A stretch of DNA of 64,000 nt. It comes from Syntrophales bacterium (lineage in GTDB: Bacteria; Desulfobacterota; Syntrophia; Syntrophales; PHBD01). The DNA is taken from assembly GCA_963668175.1 (NCBI GenBank), contig OY764159.1, positions 192,001-256,000 on the forward strand. Reading direction: 5' to 3'. This document shows, in pieces, positions 9,594 through 19,029 of this stretch (position 1 is its first letter; every line of letters begins with the position of its first letter). Position numbers and translations under genes: made by a program. The notes beneath the pieces were generated by a model. That model saw only the letters and a program-made list of their open reading frames with translations, was not told the DNA's origin and did not search any database.

Positions 9594-10736
9594 TTATTTC
9601 GCCTGAAGGGCCCTACCGATGGTCAGAATCTCAGCCTCTTTCGTACCTTCGTACAGCTCCAGAATCTTCGCATCGCGGTACCACTTCTGTACCGAATACT
9701 CGTCGATGTAGCCGTAGCCCCCGTGCAGCTCCACGCCGGCGTTCGCGCAAAACACCGCCGTTTGGCCGCTGAAGAACTTCGCCATCGCCGCCAGGTGGTA
9801 ATCCGGACGGCCCACGTCGATCAACCACGCCGACTTGTAAATGAGACCGCGAAGAGCCTCTATCTGGATCGCCATCTCCGTCAGTTTCTTCTGCGTCATT
9901 TGGTAGCTGCCCAAAGGTGCGCCAAACGCCGTCCGCTCCTTGACATACTTGATGCTTGTATCGAGACAACCTTCCGACAGGCCCAAACCCTGGGCCGCCA
10001 CCATCACGCGTGTCGTGTCGAAAAAGTGCATCAACTGGTAAAATCCCCGGCCTTCCTTACCGACCAGGTGCGTCTGGGGTACCCGCACGTCTTCCAGGGC
10101 GATCTCCGCCGTGTCGCTTGCGCGGAGGCCCATCTTTCCGTGAATCTTGTTCCGCGTCACGCCCTTGGCGTCCATCGGGATGATGATCTGCGAAAAGCTG
10201 TTGTGCCTCTTCTCGTCCGGGTTCGTGATGCACTGCGTAACCATGAAATTGCTGTACGTCCCGTTCGTGATGAACATTTTGTTCCCGTTGATCACGTAGT
10301 CCGAGCCGTCCTTCACCGCACGGGTCTTGTAGCCCGCTACGTCCGTCCCGGCGTTCGGCTCCGTGAATCCCCCCGCACTGACCCAGTCCCCGGCGCAAAC
10401 AGGCGGCAGATAGGTCTTCTTCTGCTCCTCCGTGCCGTACTGGATGACCGATTCGCAGCCGAAGGTCGCCGCCACGATGTTCAGGGCGATGGCCATATCG
10501 ACTTTAGATAATTCTTCCGTGATGATCGCATTTCCGAGAATACCCGCGCCGGCGCCGCCGTATTCCTCCGGAACCCAGGCGCCTACCAACCCGTTTTCGG
10601 CTGCTTTCTTCCTGGTTTCCGGCATATATTTCTCATGCTCGTCACATTCTTTCGATACCGGCGTAAGTTCCGCCACGGCAAACTTGTACGCCATATCCTT
10701 CAACATCTTTAACTCTTCCGTCAACTCAAAATCCAT
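9594..10736 (-). CDS. Acyl-CoA dehydrogenase
   Basis: FTEPNAGTD, INGNKMFITNG, KMGLRAS, HGGYGY and YEGTKE motifs; start assumed at MDFEL. Confidence 0.95.
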   Translation of the reverse strand: MDFELTEELKMLKDMAYKFAVAELTPVSKECDEHEKYMPETRKKAAENGLVGAWVPEEYGGAGAGILGNAIITEELSKVDMAIALNIVAATFGCESVIQYGTEEQKKTYLPPVCAGDWVSAGGFTEPNAGTDVAGYKTRAVKDGSDYVINGNKMFITNGTYSNFMVTQCITNPDEKRHNSFSQIIIPMDAKGVTRNKIHGKMGLRASDTAEIALEDVRVPQTHLVGKEGRGFYQLMHFFDTTRVMVAAQGLGLSEGCLDTSIKYVKERTAFGAPLGSYQMTQKKLTEMAIQIEALRGLIYKSAWLIDVGRPDYHLAAMAKFFSGQTAVFCANAGVELHGGYGYIDEYSVQKWYRDAKILELYEGTKEAEILTIGRALQAK

Positions 10737-10815
10737 ACTGCTATACATCTCCTTATCTATATTATTATCCTGCAATGCAGGAATTGAAAGGCATCTCAAC
10801 GATGCCTTGTCTCTC

Positions 10816-12459
10816 TTAAGAATAGATTTTCCGAAGTTCGATTTTGTTTATTTTGCCGACGCTTGTCTTGGGGATGGTTTCGACAAACATGATCTTATCC
10901 GGCACGCCGTACTTGGGAATACGCCCTTCCTCCGCAAATTTCAACAGAAATTTGCGAATGTCGTCCCCGGCGATCCTGTCTTTGTACTCCGGCTTGACGA
11001 CGGCCACAATAAGGGGCCGCTCCCCCCACTTGGGATCGGGAATACCGATCGCCGCCGCTTCCACAACCGCTTCATGCTGGCTGACGAGATTTTCCAATTC
11101 CAGGGAAGATATCCATTCGCCGCCGGTCTTGATGACATCCTTGATCCTGTCCGTAATCTGAATGTAGCCTTGCGGGTCGATAAAGGCGACATCTCCCGTA
11201 TGCAGCCACCCGTTTCGCCACAGATCCTTCGCACGATCCGGGTCCTTGAAATAGCTCTCCGTCAGCCACGGCGCCCTCAACACCAGTTCGCCCGTAGCGA
11301 CGCCGTCATGGGGCAGCTCTTTGCCCCGGGGATCGACGATTCTCGCATAGACCATAGGAATGGGCAATCCCGTCATGATGAGGCGGTCAACCTGCTCGTC
11401 GGGGCTTGAGGTCAGCATGTCGGGTTTGAGGTTGGCAATCGAGATGACCGGGCAGGTTTCCGACATGCCATAACCGGCATAGATCTGTATTCCCAGCTTC
11501 ATGGCGGCCTGCGCCAGTCCCTTCGGCAGCCTCGACCCGCCGATCAACACTTTCCATTTGGTGAGATCGAATTTGCTGGCTGCGGGGTTTGTTACGAGCA
11601 TCTGGATAATGGTCGGAACACAATGGGAAAAGGTCACTTTTTCCGTGATGATCAGTTTAATAAGCATCTCCGGCTCATACCGTCCCGGATAAACCTGCTT
11701 GATGCCCAACATCGTTGCGGCATAGGGTACACCCCAAGCATGTACGTGAAACATGGGCGTTATCGGCATGTAGACATCGCCGGAACGCAATCTCCCGATG
11801 GAGTCGTAGCACCCCACCATCAGCAAAGTGGACTGGGCGTGAAGGACCAATTGCCGGTGGGAAAAATAGACGCCCTTCGGCAAACCTGTCGTACCGGTCG
11901 TATAGAAAGTCGTCGCCCTCGTATGCTCGTCGAAATCTTCGAAGTCATAGGTTTCCGGGGCGGAGGCGAGCATGGCTTCATATTCTGCGTCGAAAACGAT
12001 CTTGGATTCAGCCTTCTCGTCATCGTCGGAAATGAGCACGTATTTTTTGACGGTTTCAAGTTTGTCCTTGATAGCTTCAAGGAAGGGGAGGAAATCCTTA
12101 TGGATAAGGACAATGTCATCTTCGGCATGATTCATGGTGTAGAGAATCTGCTCGGGGGAAAGTCGCCAGTTCTGGGTATGGAGCACGGCGCCCATCATGG
12201 GAACGGCAAAGAAACATTCCAGATAGCGGTGGCTGTCGTAGTCAAAAACACAGACGGTATCTCCCTTTTTGACCCCCAGCTTCTCAAGGGCGCCAGCCAA
12301 CCGGTTGATCCGTTGGTAGAGTTTTCGGTAAGTCAGTCGAACCTTGTCGCGATATACGATCTCCTGATCAGGTGCAAAGAATAAGGGCGTTTCGAGAATG
12401 TTCTTGATCAACAGTTGATACTTGAAATTTTCGCCGTCAGCATATACTTTTTTTCCCAT
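10816..12459 (-). CDS. Fatty acid--CoA ligase (AMP-binding)
   Basis: YTTGTTGLPKG, YGMSET, WLHTGD, DRIKDVIKTGGEW and PKTSVGK motifs. Confidence 0.95.
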   Translation of the reverse strand: MGKKVYADGENFKYQLLIKNILETPLFFAPDQEIVYRDKVRLTYRKLYQRINRLAGALEKLGVKKGDTVCVFDYDSHRYLECFFAVPMMGAVLHTQNWRLSPEQILYTMNHAEDDIVLIHKDFLPFLEAIKDKLETVKKYVLISDDDEKAESKIVFDAEYEAMLASAPETYDFEDFDEHTRATTFYTTGTTGLPKGVYFSHRQLVLHAQSTLLMVGCYDSIGRLRSGDVYMPITPMFHVHAWGVPYAATMLGIKQVYPGRYEPEMLIKLIITEKVTFSHCVPTIIQMLVTNPAASKFDLTKWKVLIGGSRLPKGLAQAAMKLGIQIYAGYGMSETCPVISIANLKPDMLTSSPDEQVDRLIMTGLPIPMVYARIVDPRGKELPHDGVATGELVLRAPWLTESYFKDPDRAKDLWRNGWLHTGDVAFIDPQGYIQITDRIKDVIKTGGEWISSLELENLVSQHEAVVEAAAIGIPDPKWGERPLIVAVVKPEYKDRIAGDDIRKFLLKFAEEGRIPKYGVPDKIMFVETIPKTSVGKINKIELRKIYS

Positions 12460-12832
12460 AGAACGTCCTCCTTGATATGATGGTTAGAGAATCTTGACCT
12501 TGTTCTATATTCTTTTCAGACACCTCCACCCCTGTCGTCTCCGCCATATCGCCACACTCTGCGCCTTCCAAAGAAGACCCCGGAGCTGAATTTACCGTGA
12601 AGCGACCGATACACCCCACCATGTCGGAATTCTCAAATAAAACATGATACTGCCGTCATATCCTGCCGAAAAGATAAAATCCTGCTCATCCCGGCCGCAA
12701 GCGACAATCCGAAGATTGTCTCTCCGGGTTACATGCAAGGTTGATGTTGAAAAAGGATGCTTCCTGCCGGGCGGGCCCGGCCGGATCAGATCGATGACGG
12801 CTTATGACCGAAAAAACGCAAATCGTCTCCCG

Positions 12833-14539
12833 TCAGGGAGAAACGCCGGCAAGGCTTATCGGCGTAATCGTTGTCCTGACAACACTGGCGGGTTCACTTG
12901 TAAAGACGATCATAAAAGCTACTTGGTTTTGGGGAAGAACTTTGCTGTTGGAAAGATCGCTGCCCTGGGGAATGGACAACGCGGAACCGATTTCCGCCTC
13001 ACCCAGAGTCGAAAGCTTATCATCGGAAAGAATATTTCCGCAGTAAGTCACTTTTGATGCCAGGACAGAACCTTGAGAATCGTAAAGCTCGCCCAGAATC
13101 TTGATGGCGGACACAGGAAAGGCCGCTTGGTTGACGGCGTTCCCCTCAACAATCCTGATATTTCTCCCGAGCGGATTGTTATAGATGAACCGCTGCTTGA
13201 CATCGGTGAATTTGATCTGCTGATAGACAGTCATCTCCTGTTTCCGATCCACTTCCACCAAACGATCAAAATACGGGATGTTGGACGCCATCCAACGGAT
13301 AGTTTGCTGTCCGGCATCGGGATACAACCCGAAATAACCCGCAGACATCGCAGCAAAGATCGCAAAAAGAACGCCTGCGCGCACCCAAGAACGCGTCGGC
13401 GGTTTCTGCGGCTTCGCCTTAAATGCTTTTCCGAAAACCTCTTCTTCTCTGCTTATCATCTTGTCATCGGTAATTTCCGGCACTCCCGTCGGTTCTTCGG
13501 TCGAGGGGACCGATTTCTGCAAATCAAGGGTCTTGTCAAGATCCACCGGGGTGCGACGATTTTCCGTCAGAGCCTCTTTTCTGATAATAAATGCTGGCAA
13601 AGCCTTCTCCGGCGGTTCATCTTTCGCATTTTCTTTCCCGTCCGCCGGCAGCTCATCATCTTCCCGGCGAATGGCCTCCGGCGTCGATTCAGATGCCGAT
13701 TCCTTATTTTCCAATGTCAGGGACGTACCATGTTCGGGCAACCGCTCGGATGTCGAAATCTGCTGCGGCTCTTCCTCCGATACCGCCGGAATTTCTTCCT
13801 TTCGCGGCTCCGGCGCCGGTTCCTCATCCGCCCGCTGCAGATCGACCGTCGGCCTGTCCCGCTCTTCGAGGACCAGCGGTACAGGTTCCGGTGCCTCAGA
13901 AGTCGTTGCAGCTGCCGGATGCCGCTCCTCTTCTGCATGAGTTTCCGTCGATACCGAATCTCGCCCTTCCATGACCAGGACCGGCATATCCAGGGGCGAT
14001 GGGCCGGAAATGGAAGCCTCCGGTTGTTGTTCCTGCTCCCGGGAAATATCCGCAGGCAAAGACTCTTCGGCCACGGTTGCAACGGCAGGTAAGGCGGCCG
14101 CATCGTCGCCGGTCGGAGCTTCTCCTATTCCGGCCGACATCTTATCTTCAACGGCGGTCAACCTTTCTTCCTGCGGATAGACGGCTTCTTCGCGATCACA
14201 GGACGCGAACGCAGGTTCCATTATGATCGACGCGACCGGCGTTTCCGCAGATACCTGAGGTGCGGCGTCTATGGAAAGCTCCGGCAACGCCCCTTTTTCC
14301 AAAGTCAGTTCCTGTTCGGGAACCGCTACCTCCCGATTTTCTGTAACAACCTCCGGCGGTGCAGCGTCCGCGGAAAGGACCGACGTCGGATCGCTTCCCA
14401 CGAAGGTCGCCAGGAAGTTATCCAGATCCTGCCTCTCCCGAATCAGATCGGACGCTTTTTCGTTCATGATTCCCGATAAAAAGGCATCCAGTTCTTTTTT
14501 TTCTCGAATTAGATCCAACGCATTTGTGCGAGTGCTCAT
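12833..14539 (-). CDS. Membrane-anchored protein: long acidic E/P-rich linker, one TM helix, DUF3426-like C-terminal domain
   Basis: Low-complexity N-terminal part, hydrophobic GVLFAIFAAMSAGYFGLY segment, then 'IVEGNAVN...YCGNILS...FMIVF'. Confidence 0.65.
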   Translation of the reverse strand: MSTRTNALDLIREKKELDAFLSGIMNEKASDLIRERQDLDNFLATFVGSDPTSVLSADAAPPEVVTENREVAVPEQELTLEKGALPELSIDAAPQVSAETPVASIIMEPAFASCDREEAVYPQEERLTAVEDKMSAGIGEAPTGDDAAALPAVATVAEESLPADISREQEQQPEASISGPSPLDMPVLVMEGRDSVSTETHAEEERHPAAATTSEAPEPVPLVLEERDRPTVDLQRADEEPAPEPRKEEIPAVSEEEPQQISTSERLPEHGTSLTLENKESASESTPEAIRREDDELPADGKENAKDEPPEKALPAFIIRKEALTENRRTPVDLDKTLDLQKSVPSTEEPTGVPEITDDKMISREEEVFGKAFKAKPQKPPTRSWVRAGVLFAIFAAMSAGYFGLYPDAGQQTIRWMASNIPYFDRLVEVDRKQEMTVYQQIKFTDVKQRFIYNNPLGRNIRIVEGNAVNQAAFPVSAIKILGELYDSQGSVLASKVTYCGNILSDDKLSTLGEAEIGSALSIPQGSDLSNSKVLPQNQVAFMIVFTSEPASVVRTTITPISLAGVSP

Positions 14540-14825
14540 TCTATAATGACCTCAAGGATTTAACCTGGCCGCGATACATCTCATTCCGCATTTTCCTTCG
14601 CTTCGTTTGCCTTGTTTTCGGTCAATTCCGGAATAGTGACTTCAATGATGTCCTTACAGACCCGGCAGGGGAACGTTATCACGGAATCCGTGATGTCTTC
14701 GCGTTCTATCACATATCTCTCTCCGCACTCTTCGCAAAAGATAATCATGTACGGCTTCTCGTTCTTTCCATGATGTATTTTGCAGGATGAATCCCTTTAA
14801 AATACCCGTCTCGGCCATTTCAATT

Positions 14826-15935
14826 CTACTTGAGCTTCAGATCCGCTCTCAACGACCTGATCTCGTCTGCAATCGTCTTTTTAACTTCATCGAGTACATA
14901 AGCAACGATCTCGTGCGGCGCCAGATCCTTGATTTTGCTCGGTGTATCAGAATCACCTGGGTATGGCTGAGATGTCGTACCTGTAAGAGCGGATACCTCC
15001 TGCCCGGTAAGTGACCCGTTGATCGCCGATTCCGGTCTTTTCCCGATCTTTTCGCTCTCACCGCCTGCGTGTGAGGCGAGATCAGCTGTTGCCACCCAGG
15101 ATCTGTATTTCTTAATGTCCTCCGCCAGCATGGCATGCTTTGCTTCCGCCGTTAATGTATTGGACAGAACCACGCTTTCAAGGTCATCGTATATGAACAG
15201 GAGCAGCTTGATAGAAACGGCGTCGGCATCCGCTTCCTTGGCCCGGATGAACCTGCCCAAGAATCGAAGGATGCGCAGGAATCCGAGGACAGTGCGATCT
15301 TCGGAATAGAGTTCATCCAAGTGACTGATCTCCTGATCGAATTTTTCAAGAATCGCATCATTGATTTCCCACTCGATGGAAAGGACAATACCCTTGAGTT
15401 CTTTCAGGGGTGAATACATGATGGATGACGTCTCATCCAACTTGCCGTACATGGCGTCAAAACGCTCTTCTCTAGGCTTATCTTCGCTTTGCACATCGGA
15501 TGACGGAACGATATTTTGAAGATCCGCATGGGTCGGCGTAGCAACTTCAGTCTGTCCAACCTTATCTTCCTTTAAAAAGATGGTATTTAAGCGGTCTTCT
15601 ATTTCCCGGATAAAATCCGAGCCCTTTACTTTTTCAGGCCCGGAGTCATCAACTGTGTCCTTTTTGTCGCCAAAAAGGTCCGGTTCGCTGGGCGGTTCGA
15701 TAGTCACGTCTTTGAGGCTCTCGTGAATATACAATGGTTCAGAACCTGAATCGATATGTTCAGATTTATTCCCATCCGCGTGAGGAGGTTCGAGAGCCAC
15801 TTCGTCAAGACGGTCATGCCCGCTCTTGGATTCGGCGTCTTTCTTGGCATCCCGTTTGTCGAAATCTTCGCCAAAAAGGACATTGAGGCGGCTTTCGATT
15901 TCCTGAACAAATGACGATTCCTTATTCGTCTCCAT
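14826..15935 (-). CDS. Hypothetical acidic protein, candidate MglA-associated scaffold
   Basis: 369 aa ORF directly downstream of mglA; repeated EIE(S/D)RLNxxF helix; helical core. Confidence 0.75.
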   Translation of the reverse strand: METNKESSFVQEIESRLNVLFGEDFDKRDAKKDAESKSGHDRLDEVALEPPHADGNKSEHIDSGSEPLYIHESLKDVTIEPPSEPDLFGDKKDTVDDSGPEKVKGSDFIREIEDRLNTIFLKEDKVGQTEVATPTHADLQNIVPSSDVQSEDKPREERFDAMYGKLDETSSIMYSPLKELKGIVLSIEWEINDAILEKFDQEISHLDELYSEDRTVLGFLRILRFLGRFIRAKEADADAVSIKLLLFIYDDLESVVLSNTLTAEAKHAMLAEDIKKYRSWVATADLASHAGGESEKIGKRPESAINGSLTGQEVSALTGTTSQPYPGDSDTPSKIKDLAPHEIVAYVLDEVKKTIADEIRSLRADLKLK

Positions 15936-15946
15936 TTTTCATGCTC

Positions 15947-16552
15947 CTATTGAAGTTCCTTCTCGAGAGAAGCCATCGTAGCGGATATGATCTTCTTCAA
16001 GGTCGACACAACATTAAGCCCGGACAGCGCGCTGGCTTCAAATACAGGCACTTTTAATTCAGTATTCAGGTCCGCTTCCATGGTTGCAAAATCAAGGATC
16101 TCGATACCCTGCTCGGCAATATCCCGTTTATTGTACTGCATAACCAGAGGGATATCAAAGATGTTTTTGTTGTAAAGCGCGAGGTTTTCCTCCAGGTTTT
16201 TCAGGGACATAATATTCTTTTCTCTCCTGGTCACCGCAGAATCGGCGACAAATACGACGCCGTCAACGCCTTTCAAAACCAACCGTCTTGTCGAGTTATA
16301 CTTGACTTGGCCGGGAACCGTGTACAATTGAATTTTGACGTCGTAGCCGTTGATCTTTCCCATGTCGAAAGGAAAAAAGTCAAAGAAAAGTGTCCGGTCA
16401 CCCTGGGTCTTGACCGTCACCATCTCCGAATTGATCTGAGGGCGGCATATATTGTAGATAAACTCCAGGTTGGTCGTTTTGCCGCCCCGTCCCGGCCCGT
16501 AATAGACGATCTTGGCCTGGATGACCTTGTCCTTTAAGTTAATGAATGCCAA
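15947..16552 (-). CDS. mglA: MglA-family small Ras-like GTPase
   Basis: KIVYYGPGRGGKTTNL, DRTLFFD, LYTVPGQ, VFVADS and NKRD motifs; probable TTG start at 16552. Confidence 0.95.
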   Translation of the reverse strand: MAFINLKDKVIQAKIVYYGPGRGGKTTNLEFIYNICRPQINSEMVTVKTQGDRTLFFDFFPFDMGKINGYDVKIQLYTVPGQVKYNSTRRLVLKGVDGVVFVADSAVTRREKNIMSLKNLEENLALYNKNIFDIPLVMQYNKRDIAEQGIEILDFATMEADLNTELKVPVFEASALSGLNVVSTLKKIISATMASLEKELQ

Positions 16553-16619
16553 CGCTTTTTCCTCCTCACCAGGAAGGCGCACCATCCTTTAAGGTGTAAA
16601 AATAACCGCTGCCGGAATA

Positions 16620-17015
16620 CTATGACGGAGCCAAAACTCTTAGCAATTCCTCTATAACACCGGCCACCTTCAGCCTGAGGAAGCCTAACGACACCTGGTT
16701 ATTGAAAATATTGACCAAGAGATAATCCTCGCTGACCTTGCTGAAGTAGATATTCTCTTTCTGGCCCTTGTGAAAAAGGAGCGAAAATTCGTCTTCACCG
16801 ATAATTTGCGCCATGCTGCTCATGGCACCAAAGTTGGCGGCCGCAAGGGCCGCCAGCGAATAAATATCATGAATATCGTTTCCGTTGTTCACCGAGGCAA
16901 TGATGTTACCGGCCGTATCGATCAGTATCGCACACTGCACATCAATGGTGAGAAGGTTATTCGATAAGATGTCGTGAATTTTATTGAGCTGTTCTTGACC
17001 TAATATCAAGTTCAT
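16620..17015 (-). CDS. mglB: Roadblock/LC7 protein, MglB-like GAP
   Basis: LIDTAGNII, SLAALAAANFGA, EFSLLFHKG and SLGFLRL; directly upstream of mglA. Confidence 0.88.
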   Translation of the reverse strand: MNLILGQEQLNKIHDILSNNLLTIDVQCAILIDTAGNIIASVNNGNDIHDIYSLAALAAANFGAMSSMAQIIGEDEFSLLFHKGQKENIYFSKVSEDYLLVNIFNNQVSLGFLRLKVAGVIEELLRVLAPS

Positions 17016-17160
17016 AATATCCCCGCCTGCGAGTCACGCTCCTTACGTTAGTGGTCTTCTGTCTGCCAGATCATGCAACAGCCTTCGGCATCATGCCTGA
17101 TTCCGGCATATTCATTGATGTACCGGATGTCCGGTCTCGGCGGTCCTGAAGCTGTTCCGT

Positions 17161-17343
17161 TCAGATACTCTTGTCCAGAATTTCACTTGCCGCCGCCTTA
17201 AGCTTATTGATCAGCTCTTCCGTATCTTTCATTTCCGAAGCCTGGTTCAAGGATATCCCCGTCTTGCTCGCAAGGGTCAGCCTTCCTTTGAAACCAGCTT
17301 GCTCCGTAACAATCTCGAAAATTCGAACCAGTTTCTCTCCCAT
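17161..17343 (-). CDS. Small helical hypothetical protein, copy 2
   Basis: 60 aa, GGAGG RBS, paralog of 18813..19010. Confidence 0.75.
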   Translation of the reverse strand: MGEKLVRIFEIVTEQAGFKGRLTLASKTGISLNQASEMKDTEELINKLKAAASEILDKSI

Positions 17344-17362
17344 CGCACCCTCCCTTTATCCT

Positions 17363-17740
17363 TTAAGATGTGACCGCTTCTTCAAATGCGTTGACGATGT
17401 TGGGTAATATCACGTTCAGCAGCAGGCCCAGTTTCGCTTTCTTCGTGTCGATGGCTATCCCCCATTGATAGTCGCCGAACGGAATAAAGAAGAGACCTTT
17501 GTTCCCGAGACAGTCCAGATAGTAATAACGCCCCAGTTGAGGGTAATCCTTCCCCTGGGCAAGGGACTTCTGAATATAGCTCGTCACTTCATTAAACAGG
17601 GCCGCCGTACTGGAACTCGATTTTTCCGTAGCCACCAACGTCTGGCCGTCGGCCGTCGTAACGATGCTCGACGCAATGAGACCGTCCCCCAAATCCCGCT
17701 TGATAATCTCCATACACTCGTTCAGTTTTTGAATGTTCAT
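17363..17740 (-). CDS. Atypical roadblock-like protein, copy 2
   Basis: 125 aa; roadblock-like pattern (..DGQTL.., C-terminal LGLLL); AGGAGG RBS. Confidence 0.75.
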   Translation of the reverse strand: MNIQKLNECMEIIKRDLGDGLIASSIVTTADGQTLVATEKSSSSTAALFNEVTSYIQKSLAQGKDYPQLGRYYYLDCLGNKGLFFIPFGDYQWGIAIDTKKAKLGLLLNVILPNIVNAFEEAVTS

Positions 17741-17918
17741 CGCCCCTCCTTCTCATAACAGATTTTCGATCTGCGCCTGACCCGCTGTAGAACGTGCTCG
17801 CATTTCCGAAGCCGGCCGCGCCCTCTAAAACCGATCCAGCATTATGTACACCCCGATCGGCTCTATCACCACATGTTCCACCCCTGACTGCCAGAAGGTT
17901 GGGGAACACATAAACCCC

Positions 17919-18794
17919 CTATTCCTTACCTCCCGTTTCCACTGCTGCTGCAAAGGACTGCATGAGTCGAGGCATGAGGACATTCAGGAAAAGTCCCAGT
18001 GCATGCATGTCGTTATTAAATACGATACCCCAGATATATTCATCAAACAGCAGAACGAAAAGCGTCTGATCGTCCGCAAGATCCAAATAGTAATAAGCTC
18101 CCAATTCATGTTCCGACGCATCATGAGAGAAAACACGGCCGATGAGATCGGTCAATGTTTTGAAGAAGTGGATTGCTGTGGGCGTGGATTCGTAGCCCAA
18201 CAATGTTCCGCCGTCTTTCCTGCTCAAAACGGCCGTACGTATCAGGGCATCCCCCATATTTTTACGCAAGGAGTCCAGCACCTTTTCCAATTCCGTCCTC
18301 AGTTTGGGGGAAACACCATCCTTTAAGTCACGGTCCTCATCGATTGCCTCCTCCGCCGCATCTTCCGCTGCGTGCTGCACTGCTTCATCCTGACGGCGCG
18401 AACTTTCCATCAAGAGAGCCATGAGTCCTTTATCGACGGTACGTACGATATTCGTCGTATCGATGATGTGTTTGATATTCAGCCTGACATTCTGCCATGA
18501 CATGATCTCCATGGCAGCGTCCTCTCCCCCCAGGTCGCCGCATACGGCATCATAGAGAGAACCTTGAATAAAACAGAAATGCCCATGTTTGTCGCGTCCT
18601 CGATAAACCTCCAGAATACACGTCTGTTGATCCATGGCCACGACTTGGATAAAACTGCCTATCGATAATCCGACAAGGGGCCACCCCGGTAACGTTTCGG
18701 TCGATTCTCCCTTGCCCATTTTTGCATCCGACTGCTTTTCGCGACTCGTCTTATCCTCAATCGGTTTCTTTTCCATCATTCCGGCACCTGCCAT
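17919..18794 (-). CDS. DUF4388 (PATAN-like) domain fused to a roadblock-like domain
   Basis: 'GLSIGSFIQVVAMDQQTC...G.LYDA...GEDAAMEIMSW...LMALLMESSRRQDE' fits DUF4388; the C-terminal ~125 aa align with the 125 aa paralogs. Confidence 0.8.
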   Translation of the reverse strand: MAGAGMMEKKPIEDKTSREKQSDAKMGKGESTETLPGWPLVGLSIGSFIQVVAMDQQTCILEVYRGRDKHGHFCFIQGSLYDAVCGDLGGEDAAMEIMSWQNVRLNIKHIIDTTNIVRTVDKGLMALLMESSRRQDEAVQHAAEDAAEEAIDEDRDLKDGVSPKLRTELEKVLDSLRKNMGDALIRTAVLSRKDGGTLLGYESTPTAIHFFKTLTDLIGRVFSHDASEHELGAYYYLDLADDQTLFVLLFDEYIWGIVFNNDMHALGLFLNVLMPRLMQSFAAAVETGGKE

Positions 18795-18812
18795 GCCACT
18801 TCACCCAGATCA

Positions 18813-19010
18813 TCAACTGCGTGTCATTTTCTGATGCTCTTCATAGACGTCGTTTGCAGCGTACTTGAATTTATTCACAAGCTCTTCCGTATCTTCCATT
18901 TCCGCGGCCTGGGTCATGGACACCCCTGTTTTCGCTGCCAACGCCAAGCGTCCTTTAAGACCGATCTTCTCGGTCACTATTTCATAAATACGCACCAATT
19001 TCTCTCCCAT
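18813..19010 (-). CDS. Small helical hypothetical protein, copy 1
   Basis: MGEKLVRIYEIVTE start; paralog of 17161..17343. Confidence 0.75.
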   Translation of the reverse strand: MGEKLVRIYEIVTEKIGLKGRLALAAKTGVSMTQAAEMEDTEELVNKFKYAANDVYEEHQKMTRS

Positions 19011-19029
19011 CGCACGCTCCATGAATCCT

